A stretch of 64,000 nt of DNA, taken from contig CM119267.1 in assembly GCA_051294375.1 (NCBI GenBank), forward strand, positions 21,273,755 to 21,337,754, in the 5' to 3' direction. Each line of letters begins with the position of its first letter. Position 1 is the first letter of the stretch. Positions 1 through 12,629 of the stretch are shown here, one piece after another. The translations under genes were made by a program, and so were the position numbers. This DNA comes from Paraspadella gotoi (taxonomy: Eukaryota; Animalia; Chaetognatha). The notes beneath the pieces are model-generated. The model saw only the letters and a list, made by a program, of their open reading frames with translations. It was not told the DNA's origin and ran no database searches.

Positions 1-1
1 G

Positions 2-63
<62 letters not shown>

Positions 64-187
64 GTTAATGCGGGAATGCGGGAGAGTGGGATAGGGAGAA
101 TGAAGGTTTCGTTGTTTTAAAAAATGTTGGAAATAAGAGTAAATGGTAAATAGGCGGATAGGGTTGGGAGAAAAAAAGGAAGAGAAA

Positions 188-660
188 GGCTGCCTTATTT
201 TTTCAAAGCGCCCCGTTTCATTTTAAATTAGGGTTTGGGATAAAGTTAAGGATTAGCTTTGGGATTAGAGTTAGGATAGTGATTATGGTTAAGGGTTAAG
301 GTTTAGAGTTAGAGATTAAGAATTAGGGTTAGGGTTAAATATTAGGTAAGGGTTTAGGATTAGGGATGGGAATTAGGGTTAGTAATAGGGTTTTGGGTTT
401 TGGGTTTAATAATAGATTAAGGTTAAATATTAAGTTTAAATTAAGGTTAAATATTAAGTTTAAATTAGGGTTAAATATTAAGTTTAGGTTAAGGTTAAAT
501 ATTAATTTTAAATTAAGGTTAAATATTAAGTTTAAGTTAAGGTTAAATATTAGTTTAAATTAAGGTTAAATATTAAGTTTAAATTAAGGTTAAATATTAA
601 GTTTAAATTAAGGTTAAATATTAAGTTTAAAATAACTTATTTCCGAAAAGAGAGCCAGAA
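188..660. mobile_element. MITE-like element with internal degenerate TTAGGG-like tract and 24-bp tandem repeat
   Basis: Starts TTTTTTCAAAGCGCCCCGTTTC (~197-219), which matches the terminal inverted repeats of the element at 33118-33374. The interior has degenerate TTAGGG/TTAAGG hexamers (227-410) and a TTAAGGTTAAATATTAAGTTTAAA tandem (417-630). Confidence 0.5.
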
Positions 661-843
661 AGAGTAGCTGGAAGATTATTGAGGGTAAGGTATAAAGAAA
701 GGAAAAGAAGACAGGGTTAAGAGGAGATGGAGACAAAACGAAAGAAGGAAAAAGAAAAGAGACAAAAAGAAATAAAGAGAAACGAGATGAAATGAAAGAA
801 AATTAAAAAATAATGAGAGGAAATTGTTGGACCGATCGACGGT

Positions 844-886
<43 letters not shown>

Positions 887-888
887 GA

Positions 889-926
<38 letters not shown>

Positions 927-1259
927 AAGTGAGAGTGAGGAGAGATTAGGCCCTCAACCGAGTGAACATTTTAATGTCATACCACCAAGCTGTTACATGT
1001 ACAGCTTTTAACGATACACTTACTACGAAGAGGTTTTTGAGTGAAAGGAAAAAAAATAAAAAAATAAAAAAAAGGCATGCTAATAATGAATTTTAAGCTA
1101 ATGAGAAAAGATTCTTTGATTTGATTTATTATTCACTGATTCAGCAAAGAAAATCTACGGTGCAAGGGAATTTAGATGAATTTAAAAGACAGATAAAATA
1201 GGTTATTATTTCATAAGAATATACAATTTTATACGTCAATTTATTGCGAAATTCTAAAT

Positions 1260-1303
<44 letters not shown>

Positions 1304-1885
1304 GAGAGGTTGACCAGCCAAAAAAGTAACGTTGACTTTGACAGATTCAATCGAGAATCTTTAATATAAAATATGTTGTCAAAACAAAGAGATAAAAAAA
1401 GTAAAGAAAAGTCGGGCCGACTGAAGGAAGACAAAGCTGAAGAGCAAGACAAAAAAAAAGAAGAAAAAACAAAAGGAAAGAAAAGAAAAGGAAAAAAGAT
1501 AGGTAATGGTTATCGGTTATGGGGAAATGATCCGTCGCCCGTGGAATCGTTGTTCTCTCTCAAAGGGTCGATGTTTGGAAAGAGCAATCGGTTTCGCCGT
1601 GAGGACGTAATTGTGTCATTGTGTCTTGAATGTCATCTTGATGTCATCGATTCTCTCATTTTGGAGATAAATTGGAAACAGGAAATGGAAAGGTAGGTTG
1701 AGTTTAATTGTGAAAAGTGAGTTTTGTTTATCGTTAAAAATAAACGGATTTATTTGTTTTGACAATGATGTTTCTATTTTTATTTTTCGAAAGAAACAAA
1801 TTTTCCTTCTCAATATCGAACACGACGAAAAAGAAATGAAAACAACATTTTTTTTTAAATTAATAGTATCTTCGCATAATCATAA

Positions 1886-1886
<1 letters not shown>

Positions 1887-1978
<92 letters not shown>
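1887..1978. repeat. (AAT)n microsatellite; representative of many (GA)n, (GGAA)n, (GAT)n and (TGAA)n tracts in the window
   Basis: Directly visible. These tracts explain the poly-I, poly-SL and poly-RE ORFs in the ORF track. Confidence 0.95.
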
Positions 1979-2564
1979 TTTAACATTTTCTAAATTTTAA
2001 AGCCGGATAGGTGACTGGGCAGCAGCCCATTTCAATTTTTGTGTTGCGGTGACTCAAAACAAGAATTTGGTTATTCTTACTGACCACTACGGGTCGCAAA
2101 GTACAAAGACTTTGTCGTCGTCTTCGTCGTCGTCATCGTCGTCTTCGTTGTCGTCTTCGTCGTTGTCTTCGTCGTCGTATTTGTCGTCGTTGTTCAAATC
2201 ATTTGAGGTCCCAAAGTTTCCTCCTATTTCGATCACTTCCCCCCAACTCCCATCCTTTGGAGATTTTAACCCTCACCTTGGCGGAAAAAAAAAGGGGAAA
2301 AAAGGAAAGAAAGAAATAAAAGGTAGAAAAGGAAAGGGTGGGACGTGCTGGGCGGGTTAGGAAGAGGGATATGAGTGACCCAGCGTCGACAGCGGGAAAA
2401 GCTTGAGTCTTAAATTTCGTCCACGAATCGATAGTCATTTGCGCGAAGGAAAAATTAGATGCGAAAATTTTTGAAAACTCAGGAGAGAGATGGATGGATT
2501 GATGGATGGATTGATGGATGGATGGATAAATGTTGGAGGGATTAATGAATGAATGAATGAATGA

Positions 2565-4804
2565 NNNNNNNNNNNNNNNNNNNNNNNNNNNNNNNNNNNN
2601 NNNNNNNNNNNNNNNNNNNNNNNNNNNNNNNNNNNNNNNNNNNNNNNNNNNNNNNNNNNNNNNNNNNNNNNNNNNNNNNNNNNNNNNNNNNNNNNNNNNN
2701 NNNNNNNNNNNNNNNNNNNNNNNNNNNNNNNNNNNNNNNNNNNNNNNNNNNNNNNNNNNNNNNNNNNNNNNNNNNNNNNNNNNNNNNNNNNNNNNNNNNN
2801 NNNNNNNNNNNNNNNNNNNNNNNNNNNNNNNNNNNNNNNNNNNNNNNNNNNNNNNNNNNNNNNNNNNNNNNNNNNNNNNNNNNNNNNNNNNNNNNNNNNN
2901 NNNNNNNNNNNNNNNNNNNNNNNNNNNNNNNNNNNNNNNNNNNNNNNNNNNNNNNNNNNNNNNNNNNNNNNNNNNNNNNNNNNNNNNNNNNNNNNNNNNN
3001 NNNNNNNNNNNNNNNNNNNNNNNNNNNNNNNNNNNNNNNNNNNNNNNNNNNNNNNNNNNNNNNNNNNNNNNNNNNNNNNNNNNNNNNNNNNNNNNNNNNN
3101 NNNNNNNNNNNNNNNNNNNNNNNNNNNNNNNNNNNNNNNNNNNNNNNNNNNNNNNNNNNNNNNNNNNNNNNNNNNNNNNNNNNNNNNNNNNNNNNNNNNN
3201 NNNNNNNNNNNNNNNNNNNNNNNNNNNNNNNNNNNNNNNNNNNNNNNNNNNNNNNNNNNNNNNNNNNNNNNNNNNNNNNNNNNNNNNNNNNNNNNNNNNN
3301 NNNNNNNNNNNNNNNNNNNNNNNNNNNNNNNNNNNNNNNNNNNNNNNNNNNNNNNNNNNNNNNNNNNNNNNNNNNNNNNNNNNNNNNNNNNNNNNNNNNN
3401 NNNNNNNNNNNNNNNNNNNNNNNNNNNNNNNNNNNNNNNNNNCAATGAATGAATCAATGAATAGATAGACGGATTAAGGATGGATGAAGCGTCCGACGTA
3501 TGTTTTCGTCCTTTAACCTTTCAATTATTTCTTTATTTATTCTTTTTTAGGACGAGTTTACAAATTTGTGTTTTCTTTTATCCTAAATTGAATTCTATTG
3601 TTGGAAACTTATGGTTTGTTTTGGTCTTTGGTTCGACAATAAAAATCTTTGACAAATGTTTAAAAAAAAATACAACAAATTCTCGTCACAATAAATTCAA
3701 ACTGGAAATTTTGTTTTCTCTCCTTCTCTCTTCACAGATTTGCCCGCGCGCGCGCGAAGATTCAAAACAAATCAGCAAATCGACGAAAATCTTGTTTCCT
3801 CAACTCCAAACGGACACAAAAGAAAGGGGGGAGAACAAAATAACAAAAGTTTTAAAAAATGAAATAAACTGGAGAAAATAACACGAAGTTGTAAAATGCA
3901 GTGACTTCGACGAAATGATAACTTTTATAAAATCCGGAAATGAAATCTCGTGAATAAAAAAAAACGAAAAGACGNNNNNNNNNNNNNNNNNNNNNNNNNN
4001 NNNNNNNNNNNNNNNNNNNNNNNNNNNNNNNNNNNNNNNNNNNNNNNNNNNNNNNNNNNNNNNNNNNNNNNNNNNNNNNNNNNNNNNNNNNNNNNNNNNN
4101 NNNNNNNNNNNNNNNNNNNNNNNNNNNNNNNNNNNNNNNNNNNNNNNNNNNNNNNNNNNNNNNNNNNNNNNNNNNNNNNNNNNNNNNNNNNNNNNNNNNN
4201 NNNNNNNNNNNNNNNNNNNNNNNNNNNNNNNNNNNNNNNNNNNNNNNNNNNNNNNNNNNNNNNNNNNNNNNNNNNNNNNNNNNNNNNNNNNNNNNNNNNN
4301 NNNNNNNNNNNNNNNNNNNNNNNNNNNNNNNNNNNNNNNNNNNNNNNNNNNNNNNNNNNNNNNNNNNNNNNNNNNNNNNNNNNNNNNNNNNNNNNNNNNN
4401 NNNNNNNNNNNNNNNNNNNNNNNNNNNNNNNNNNNNNNNNNNNNNNNNNNNNNNNNNNNNNNNNNNNNNNNNNNNNNNNNNNNNNNNNNNNNNNNNNNNN
4501 NNNNNNNNNNNNNNNNNNNNNNNNNNNNNNNNNNNNNNNNNNNNNNNNNNNNNNNNNNNNNNNNNNNNNNNNNNNNNNNNNNNNNNNNNNNNNNNNNNNN
4601 NNNNNNNNNNNNNNNNNNNNNNNNNNNNNNNNNNNNNNNNNNNNNNNNNNNNNNNNNNNNNNNNNNNNNNNNNNNNNNNNNNNNNNNNNNNNNNNNNNNN
4701 NNNNNNNNNNNNNNNNNNNNNNNNNNNNNNNNNNNNNNNNNNNNNNNNNNNNNNNNNNNNNNNNNNNNNNNNNNNNNNNNNNNNNNNNNNNNNNNNNNNN
4801 NNNN
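2565..4804. other. Two assembly gaps (2565-3441 and 3975-4804); further gaps at 34846-34855, 40098-40695 and 59607-59616
   Basis: Runs of N. Confidence 0.99.
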
Positions 4805-7800
4805 CTTCCTCCCCTCTCCTCCTCCCTCCCTCCTCTCCTTCCTCCCCTCCTCCTCGTCCCGCCCTTCCCCCCGTCCCGCCCGAGTGCGCACCTTTCCTCG
4901 CTTACCTCGCCGCGCCTCCGCGGCGACGCCGTGACGTGCCGCTTCCGCTGGACTGCGGCGCCATCGCCTCCATTCGGTTGGGGCCGAGGATCGGGAAAGG
5001 AGTCACCAAGCACGCTTTCAGGTGAGCAAGCTTTCATTGATCAAAGTAATTGACTTGCTCGAGAAAACTTACTTTTTTCATGTAAAGTTTTTTCTCTCAA
5101 GCAGATGATAAAAACTATTTACCAGCGCGTGGTTCTTTCAACAAATAAATTTAGAAATTAATCATTCAATTGAATTCATTCGTTGAATCCTTCCTTATTT
5201 CAGAGGGACATACTGCGGAGTGGGCGTGGCCGTAAAGCTGATCACACCGGAAGTCAGCGACGTCGCCGGTTGCGTCCGGAAGCAAAAAAACGGCGCCGGA
5301 TCGTCGTCGTCGTCGTCGGAAATTTACGACGATCTGCACGAGGGAGACGAAGGGGCCAAGTATCATCGCCACGTCGGGAGGAGGGAGAAAGAGGGTAAGA
5401 GGGGGTATGATCACCATAACGGGAGGAGGGATATGTTAGTGAGTGACAAGCTAGTATATATAAAGCTTGCAGAAACTTGCTATATATAATTTGCTAACCT
5501 GCTATGGATAAATTTTATATTGGTTGTACCAATTTCATTAGGTAAAAAATAGGTATTCGAACAAGTAAAAATAGTCGAATATAATTGGTAAGTTTAATTA
5601 TTTTATTATACATTTACAAAGTTTTTTTAAAAAAAAGTTTTTAGTTTTTCGTAGGAACTTGCAAGGTGTGCGTAACGAAAAGAAGCTGCTTCTTAAGAAA
5701 TTCGTTCACGGGCATAGCTATGTCTGTATATATTTTAAGTTAGAGCGCTCATAATCTGGTGACTCAAATTGACCTCAGTCAATTAGATGACCTGAGTTAC
5801 AAAGATACCGTTCACCAACTACTGTGAAGCCTCAGTCGTCGTCGTCGTCGTCGTCTGACTTCTTCTTCGACTTAATTCTTTGTGACGAAGGTTTCCAAAA
5901 AAATTTATTAATTTATTAAAAGCTATAAAACTTAAAAAGGCTAGAAAGTTAAAAATATATAAATAAAAAATTATATTTATTTAATAATTTTTTTATTTAA
6001 TAAAAAATTATAAGAATTTTTCTGATCAGAACCAGATTCCCTCGTGGAACTTACTTCTCCCTCCCCCCCTTTCTTTCCCCCCCGCCCCCCTTCCTCCCCT
6101 ACCCCTTTCCCCAGACTCCTGCCACGTCCTTCCCCACAACAAGCTCCTCAAGGAGATCCTCCTTCATCAGCAACTTCGTCATCCCAACGTCGCCTCGCTT
6201 CTCGGCTTCTGTCTCCGCGGAGAAGGCGTCGAGGGTCTCGATCTGCGGACGCACGGGGTCGTCGCCGTTTACGAGTTAGGGACGACCGTGTTGAGCTCCG
6301 TCTTGACGAGGATGTCCGGTGAGTGGAGTGTGTGGTAAGGGTGTTTAGGTGGTTAAGAGACAGCGTGCTGCAAAAATTGTAAAGTGCGTCGGCACTCCGA
6401 GCCATGAGCCAGTTAAAGTTATTTCGCAGGAGCTCAAAAAAAAAAAAACACGTGAAAAAACCTGTTTTTTTTTTTTTGGCTCCACGAATTTTATTTAAAC
6501 CTAAAACGATTCTAAACGGGTTTTTAAATGATCTTGAGTACTTAGAAAAGAAACGATAAATTCTCATGGCATCTAATAAAATTCAGAATATCAACTACTC
6601 CAAAATTTTTTTAGAAAGTCACAATATCCGAGCATCGAAACATGTCTGCATTTTAAATAATAAATTTCGTTTTGGAAATCAAATCTTTTTAATCCTTAAA
6701 ATCTACAATACAATACAATAAAATAATACGATACAATAATACAATACAATACATTTAATAAACGATGGCCGGTTCCGTATCCAGCCTCGCTTTGGGCCTC
6801 CTCTTTAATTTCTTCTTCGTGCTGCTGGTCGGAATCTCCAGCGCCGTCTTCCGCGCCTCCGCGGCGCTCACCACGCCGGTCGCCTTCGTCTTCTTCTTTC
6901 TCGGCGAAACGCTGGGCACGCTGCCGGTGATCCCCTTCGCGCTGCGCCGCTGGACTGTGCGGCGGCCGTCGCAGTGGGCGTCGTTCTTATTTTTCGGATT
7001 CGTAATCAACATTGATTTCATCTCCTGGCGCGCAGCCACCGAAGCCTTACCTCTCGGCACCTACGCATCCATCGTCAGCAGCTGCATCCTTTTCGTGCCT
7101 TTTGTTTCTTGCGCGATGCTGCGACGCTGCGTCGACTTCATCGACGTGGCGGGCGTCGTCGCCGCTGCTGTCGGTCTGCTGCTTTTGACGCACCCGCCTT
7201 TTCTCTTTGGCGCGGTCAACTCCAGCCCCGCTTACGGTTACGCATTGGCCTTTTCTTGTGGCGTTTACACGATGGCCCTCCCATTCTTCTACGGCACAAT
7301 CACGGACACGCATTGGTCAAACTTTCTCATGGTTCGCTTGCTCTGCAGCGCCGCCATTGCCGTTGGCTGCTTGGCCATTTCCGGCGGCGTCGCCGAGTTC
7401 GCCGCGGCGCCCCTCGTTCCCCTGGGGGACGTTTTCTTCGTCGGCGTCGCCTGCTCGATCTTCGGATTGGCGCAGCAAGTCGGCTGCGCAGAGTTGGAGG
7501 ACTTCCACGAGGGATACGGCGGGCTCCTCGGGAATCTCGTTTACGCTTCGCAAATTCCGCTGACGTCTTTGTTCGGCTTGATCTTGTTCGGAGAGAAACT
7601 GACGACGATGGAGACGATCGGCGTCGTCGTCGTTTTCGTCACTCTCATCGTCGTCTTTATGGGAAAATGGTGGACGAGTCAGAGACGAGAAGATGACGGG
7701 CAAAAAAATGAAGAGGAAGAAAAATTGAATCCGGCATAAAATGTGGGGGATGGTTAATTGGTTATTTATATGTTGGGGGATTCTTGTTTTATTAATAATT

Positions 7801-9347
7801 GATCGCCTCGAAATTGTAATTCTTTATTAAAAGTCAAAGAGAAAAAAAAGTCATAGAGAAAAAAAATCATTGTCTCAGGAGTTGAAATGGCATTAGGAAA
7901 AATGTTTGAATAAGTGAGGATTGGAAAAAAAAATTTAAATAGCTATGAAATTGGTACAACCAATATAAAAATTATCCATTCATTTAATAAATAAGCTATC
8001 TTGCCCCTGACTTTGGACAGGCTTTGGTGGTTTAAGGCCTCCATCACTCTTACAAGATAATGACATAGCAGGTCCCTACAAGCTTTCAATCAAGACTCTC
8101 TCACAGTCCCGTTTATTCACTCCCAGAGTACCTGGCTTCCCTATCAATGAAGTGGAAAATATTTCAAAGAATGTTTCAATTGTATGAAAAGACCACTCCC
8201 TTAAGTATTAGATCGGGGAATACTTATTGTACTTTTTTTATTGTATTTTTTTTGAAGAGACATCATATGCACAGGTGAGGTATATTGAGATAAAACAGTT
8301 TTTGGTGGGATTTACAAGTGTAGTTTTTAATTTTTCCCAATATTTGGATTTACATTGTTAAATTATTTTTCAAGGCAGTCCAAATGTGAAATTAAATTAA
8401 AAACTGCCCTTGTAAATAAATCCCACAAAAAACTGTTTTATCTCAGTTATATTTTTATTTTGAACAGTAAAATCTAAACTACGGCCTCATTTTTTTTCCC
8501 TTCTATTTCTTAAATTATTTTAGAATTTTTTTTAAAGTAAAAAATTTAAACGTCAAATAAAAAGTAAAGTTCAATGATTACAGGGTGAATGCGTAACAAT
8601 GCATTAATACCCCGTTTGTTTGCTTTAAGCCACAGTTTTGACAGATTTTGGGATCTCTCGTTTTACGATTGAGAAAAAAAAGAAAAGAAAAGGAATAAAA
8701 ATACAAAAATATTTGAGTCTTTCCTGAAGTCTCCTTAATCCTTTATCCTGTACCTCGAATCGTAGATATTTTCTAAAATTTTTGCGCCGGCCATGGGCAA
8801 ACGATGCTTCTCCCACAAATGTAGCAACTCAATCCCTCTCTTTGTGGAATGAGCGTCGCCAAATACGACGGCTTCAGGAGGAGGGGGAGGAATCCGTCAC
8901 TCCTGCCGCAAAAGCGGCAAGAAGGGACACCCGCCCGCCTCGCCCGCAGGCGAGAAGAGGGCAGTCGGCAGGCGTACCAGGCCAGAGAGACATTCGAATC
9001 TTCCCGCAAGGAAGCCTTCCTTGTGCCGCACATAAAAACTCGACGACACTGTCTTCTCAGCCACAGACACGTCAATGTCCCGACACCATCGTTCAGACCC
9101 TTCATTTGCAAAAAACAAAGGAGGCCAGCTCATTTTGAGCTTTATCTTAATTCTTAAACTTTCACTTCATCAATTACTTAATATCTATCCCTCACCAAGC
9201 TTATTTCAAAATTCTCCTTTTCATATTTAAAAAAAATGTTTTTAAATGAATTTATTTATTTAATAGTTAATTGTTATTATCTTTTCAGCTTACACAAAAT
9301 TGTTTACATTGCACAATATATCATTTATATCATATTAAATTGCACTT

Positions 9348-9385
<38 letters not shown>

Positions 9386-9524
9386 ACCATTTAATTTCCC
9401 TTCACAAACTAGTTCTATCTGTCCTCAACTTAGCCTGTCCTACCCATTGACCACTATTCTTTTTCTCATATCTGTGTTGGAAACCTTGCCCTCTCTCTTT
9501 CTTTCTTTCTTTCTTTCTTTCTTT

Positions 9525-9562
<38 letters not shown>

Positions 9563-11892
9563 CTCTCTCCTCTTCCCTCCTCTCTCTCTCTCTCCTCTCT
9601 CTCTTCTCTCTCTTCTTCTTTTATAACTGAGTCGAACTTAGTCGAATAATGGTGTCTTTAATATTTCCAATATTAAAAAAAAATATAATGAATTAAAAAA
9701 AAATAGTTAGCAAAGAAAGTCACTTCTTTGACCGCTCTTTTTTAATTCTCCATCAACGACCGTCTCCAACATGGCCGGCGCAGTCTCCAGCCTCGTTCTC
9801 GGTCTCCTCTTTAACTCTTTCGTCGTCCTGCTCTGCAGCGTTTGCAGCGCCATCTTCCGCGCCTCCTCGCCGCTCTCCACACCTGTCGCCTTCGTCTTCA
9901 TCTTTTTCGGCGAGACGGTGGGTACGCTGCCGCTGATCCCGTTCGCGCTGCGCCGCCGGACGGTGCGGCGGCCGACGCAGTGGGCGATTTTCATCGTCTT
10001 CGGTTTTGTCATCAACGTCAACTTCATTTCTTGGCGCGCAGCCACCGGCGTTCTGTCTATCGGCACCTACGCAGCCATCGTCGGCAGCGGAATCCTCTTC
10101 GTACCATTCGTGTCCTGTGTCCTGCGGCGCCGCTGCGTCGACCTCGTTGATTTTGCAGGCGTCAGTGGTGCCGTCGTCGGGCTGCTGCTGGTCACCCACC
10201 CGCCTTTCCTCTTTGGCGAGGACAACGCCGGCCCCGCCTACGGCTACGCGTTGGCATTTTCTTGCAGCATCTACAACATGTCCTATCCTTTCTTCTTCGG
10301 CGCCACAGCCGACTCCCATTGGTCAAATTTTCTCGTGCTGCGTCTCTGCTGCAGCTGCGTTTTCGCCGTCGTCTGCTTCTGCATCTCCGGCGGCGTGGCC
10401 GAGTTCGCCGCGGCTCCTTCGACACCGTTGGTCGACGTCTTTCTCGTCGGCGTCGTCTCTACCGTTTATCGTCTGGCGCAGCAGATCGGCTGCAGCGAGT
10501 TGGAGGCGTTCGACGAGGGCGTGGCCGGGTTACTAGGCAACCTAGTATTCTCCGCCCTCGTTCCCGTCACCGCGGCGTTCGGGGCGGCGTTTTTCGGAGA
10601 GACGCTGACGACGACGGAGACGATGGGCGTCGTAGTCGTCTTCGTCGTCATCGTCGGCGTCGTTTTGTCCAAGTGGTGGGGGAAGAAGAGGGAGAATAAG
10701 GAGGAGGAAGAGGAGGAGGGAAAAAAACGAATTAGTCGGCAAGTGATCATTTTAACGAATTAAGCAAATGAACTCTGAAACAAAACAAGAATTAGCTTTG
10801 AGTTATGCATTGTCAAGATTGATTCTGTTTGTATAATATTGTTATGATTTGAAGAAAAAAAATTTAATAAAGTTTTTCCATAAATAAATAATTTGTGACG
10901 GAAGTTTTAACGATAGTTTTTCGAGACCCGTCTTTGCATTTAATCACAGCGCAATTGAAGGATAACGATCGGTTAAAACGAACAATGTACTACTAGCAAG
11001 TTTTATTATCAGGACTGGATTTAGCGTTTGTCAATTTAAATAATAATTCGATCGTTTTGACACTCACTATCTCTCCCTCTGTCTTCTTCCTCGTTTACCA
11101 GGCGGCCTCGCCAAACTCCGCGTCGCCAGAGAACTATCAGACCTCGCCCTCTTCCTCTCGGCCCCCTCCTCCTCCTCCTCCTCCCCCTCCTCCTCATTCC
11201 TCATTCCCGACTTCAAGCACGAACAGTTCGTCCTCGTCGACGGAAGCGTCAAACTCTCGGATCTCGACGATCTCCACGCGGTCGAACGCCGCTGCGCCAC
11301 CGAGCTGCTCGTCAAACCGCTGCAGGACAAAACCGCCGCAGCCTCGGCAGCAGCAGCGAAAGACGTCGACACGGACGACGCCGCATCTTTCTCGCCTCGG
11401 CGGCGGCGCCGTCGCCGTAGTCCGCCGCGCGGAACCGCGGGCGGCGTCGGTCGAGTCATGCGCGTGGCGACGCCCTGTCGGTTGAACGTGACGTGCCTTG
11501 AAGGATCCTGCGTTGGCGAAAATGCCGCCGTCAACTTGAAAAACTTTAACGACTTTTTCTTCAAGTTTCTCATCGACGTGGACGAGGTTGTCGGGGAGGT
11601 GGGCGCGAAGGGCGGCGAAGGGGCTGTTGGGTCGACGGCGGGGAAAGCCGTGGACGGAGCGTTTGACAGAGAGGCCCAAGGATCGACGAACGACGCCGAC
11701 GAACGATTGGAAAACGAAGTCGAAGCGACGACGGTTTCGACGGCGACGATCCAGGTTCGTCTGGAGGTGCAGCGGAAGTTGAAGCGGCTCGTGGAAAGGC
11801 TGGACTCGAATCGCGCCGACGCGGCCGAGGTCAGGCGGGTGTTGGACGAGGTCATCGAGGTGTTGGAGAGGTTTGAGAGGGAGAGCGGATGA
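4805..11892 (+). CDS. PKDCC: PKDCC/VLK-like extracellular (secretory pathway) tyrosine kinase, 5' end hidden in gap
   Basis: Exons <4805-5021, 5204-5394, 6115-6318, 11102-11892, all GT-AG with matching phases. Translation: LDCGAIASIRLGPRIGKGVTKHAFRGTYCGVGVAVKLI...CHVLPHNKLLKEILLHQQLRHPNVASLLGFC...VYELG...IPDFKHEQFVLVDGSVKLSDLDDLHAVERRC. This matches VLK hallmarks (GxGxTK, HKLLKE..LRHPNV, DFxxxQFVLVDG, TDLDD). Confidence 0.85.
6765..7739 (+). CDS. Intronless EamA/DMT-family transporter, SLC35G-like (copy 1), nested in PKDCC-like intron
   Basis: 324-aa ORF with ~10 hydrophobic segments and GC3-rich codons. Motifs ALPLGTYASI, LLTHPPFLFG (cf. SLC35G RPPFLFG) and LILFGEKLT..ETIG (EamA end). Confidence 0.8.
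   Translation: MAGSVSSLALGLLFNFFFVLLVGISSAVFRASAALTTPVAFVFFFLGETLGTLPVIPFALRRWTVRRPSQWASFLFFGFVINIDFISWRAATEALPLGTYASIVSSCILFVPFVSCAMLRRCVDFIDVAGVVAAAVGLLLLTHPPFLFGAVNSSPAYGYALAFSCGVYTMALPFFYGTITDTHWSNFLMVRLLCSAAIAVGCLAISGGVAEFAAAPLVPLGDVFFVGVACSIFGLAQQVGCAELEDFHEGYGGLLGNLVYASQIPLTSLFGLILFGEKLTTMETIGVVVVFVTLIVVFMGKWWTSQRREDDGQKNEEEEKLNPA
7944..8160 (+). mobile_element. Dispersed repeat family starting TATGAAATTGGTACAACCAATATAAAA
   Basis: Related copies at 20620-20800 and 29500-29575 (+), and reverse-complement pieces at ~5505-5540, ~14612-14635, ~21478-21505 and ~26392-26560. Confidence 0.7.
8281..8450. repeat. Inverted repeat, probably a foldback/MITE remnant
   Basis: TGAGATAAAACAGTTTTTGGTGGGATTTACAAG (~8286-8318) is nearly the reverse complement of CTTGTAAATAAATCCCACAAAAAACTGTTTTATCTCA (~8410-8445). 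Confidence 0.65.
9771..10763 (+). CDS. Intronless EamA/DMT-family transporter, SLC35G-like (copy 2), tandem paralogue
   Basis: 330-aa ORF colinear with 6765-7739 along its length (MAGAVSSLVLGLLFN..., VTHPPFLFG, FFGETLTTTETMG). AATAAA at ~10866. Confidence 0.8.
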   Translation: MAGAVSSLVLGLLFNSFVVLLCSVCSAIFRASSPLSTPVAFVFIFFGETVGTLPLIPFALRRRTVRRPTQWAIFIVFGFVINVNFISWRAATGVLSIGTYAAIVGSGILFVPFVSCVLRRRCVDLVDFAGVSGAVVGLLLVTHPPFLFGEDNAGPAYGYALAFSCSIYNMSYPFFFGATADSHWSNFLVLRLCCSCVFAVVCFCISGGVAEFAAAPSTPLVDVFLVGVVSTVYRLAQQIGCSELEAFDEGVAGLLGNLVFSALVPVTAAFGAAFFGETLTTTETMGVVVVFVVIVGVVLSKWWGKKRENKEEEEEEGKKRISRQVIILTN

Positions 11893-12629
11893 GTCCGGGG
11901 GAAGTTTAATAGGGAATCAGATGGATGTTCAAGTGGGAGATGAAAATTTGCAAGAAATTGTTGTGAAAAGTGTGTGAATGCAATGGAATTGCAAACATAA
12001 CTGCGTCCACCTTACTTATAAATTAATTTGATTTTATTTCTATCTAAATCCTACATTTCGACACGTTCTCTCTAATAAACTTTCCTTTTTTTTGTGTTCA
12101 AAATGTAACGTGAGCCTTTTGTTTCGAGTGGTTTTAGAAAAGTAGAGGGAAAATAAGTTTGAGCAAACAATGTCGGATCTGCCCACCTTCATTATCGGTA
12201 ATTAATTAATTAATAATTAAATAATTCAAGTTAATTAATTAATTAGGCAATTAATTAATTTATCCAAAATATTTGTTTTTAAGTCTTTTCGTCACTAACC
12301 ACGACAAAAGCAATGACGACAATGAGAATAATGCCGATAATGATTGACTTGGTTGATTGACTGATTAATTAATTATTGATTAATTAATTGACTAATTAAT
12401 AAATTAACTGATTAATTAATACATCTTGCATTTACATTTACTATAAAAAGAAAAAGAAGCCTAATCAATTAGTGAAACAGGTTTTGTTTTTTCCATTTAA
12501 ACTCATTTCCACTCGGACGATTCCATCGAAACTTCATCTCCAGCTCAATCACACACTTCCCTACCCACACACAAAATTTCATTTCAATCTATCAATGCAA
12601 TCACGAGTAATTGGTGTTTTTTGCTAAGG

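Noticed and set aside
227-630. Telomere or interstitial telomeric array
   Set aside because: The TTAGGG units are highly degenerate and lie inside an element whose terminus matches the MITE at 33118-33374.
1500-2440. Possible minus-strand exons (MTIDSWTKF..., Asp-rich tract)
   Set aside because: No recognisable domain, in-frame stops, and no consistent splice model.
2435-5053. Long ORFs of 295-370 aa in the ORF track
   Set aside because: Artefacts of N-gaps.
11067-11855. 262-aa minus-strand ORF and similar antisense ORFs over GC-rich exons
   Set aside because: Shadows of the real + strand exons caused by GC3-rich codon usage.
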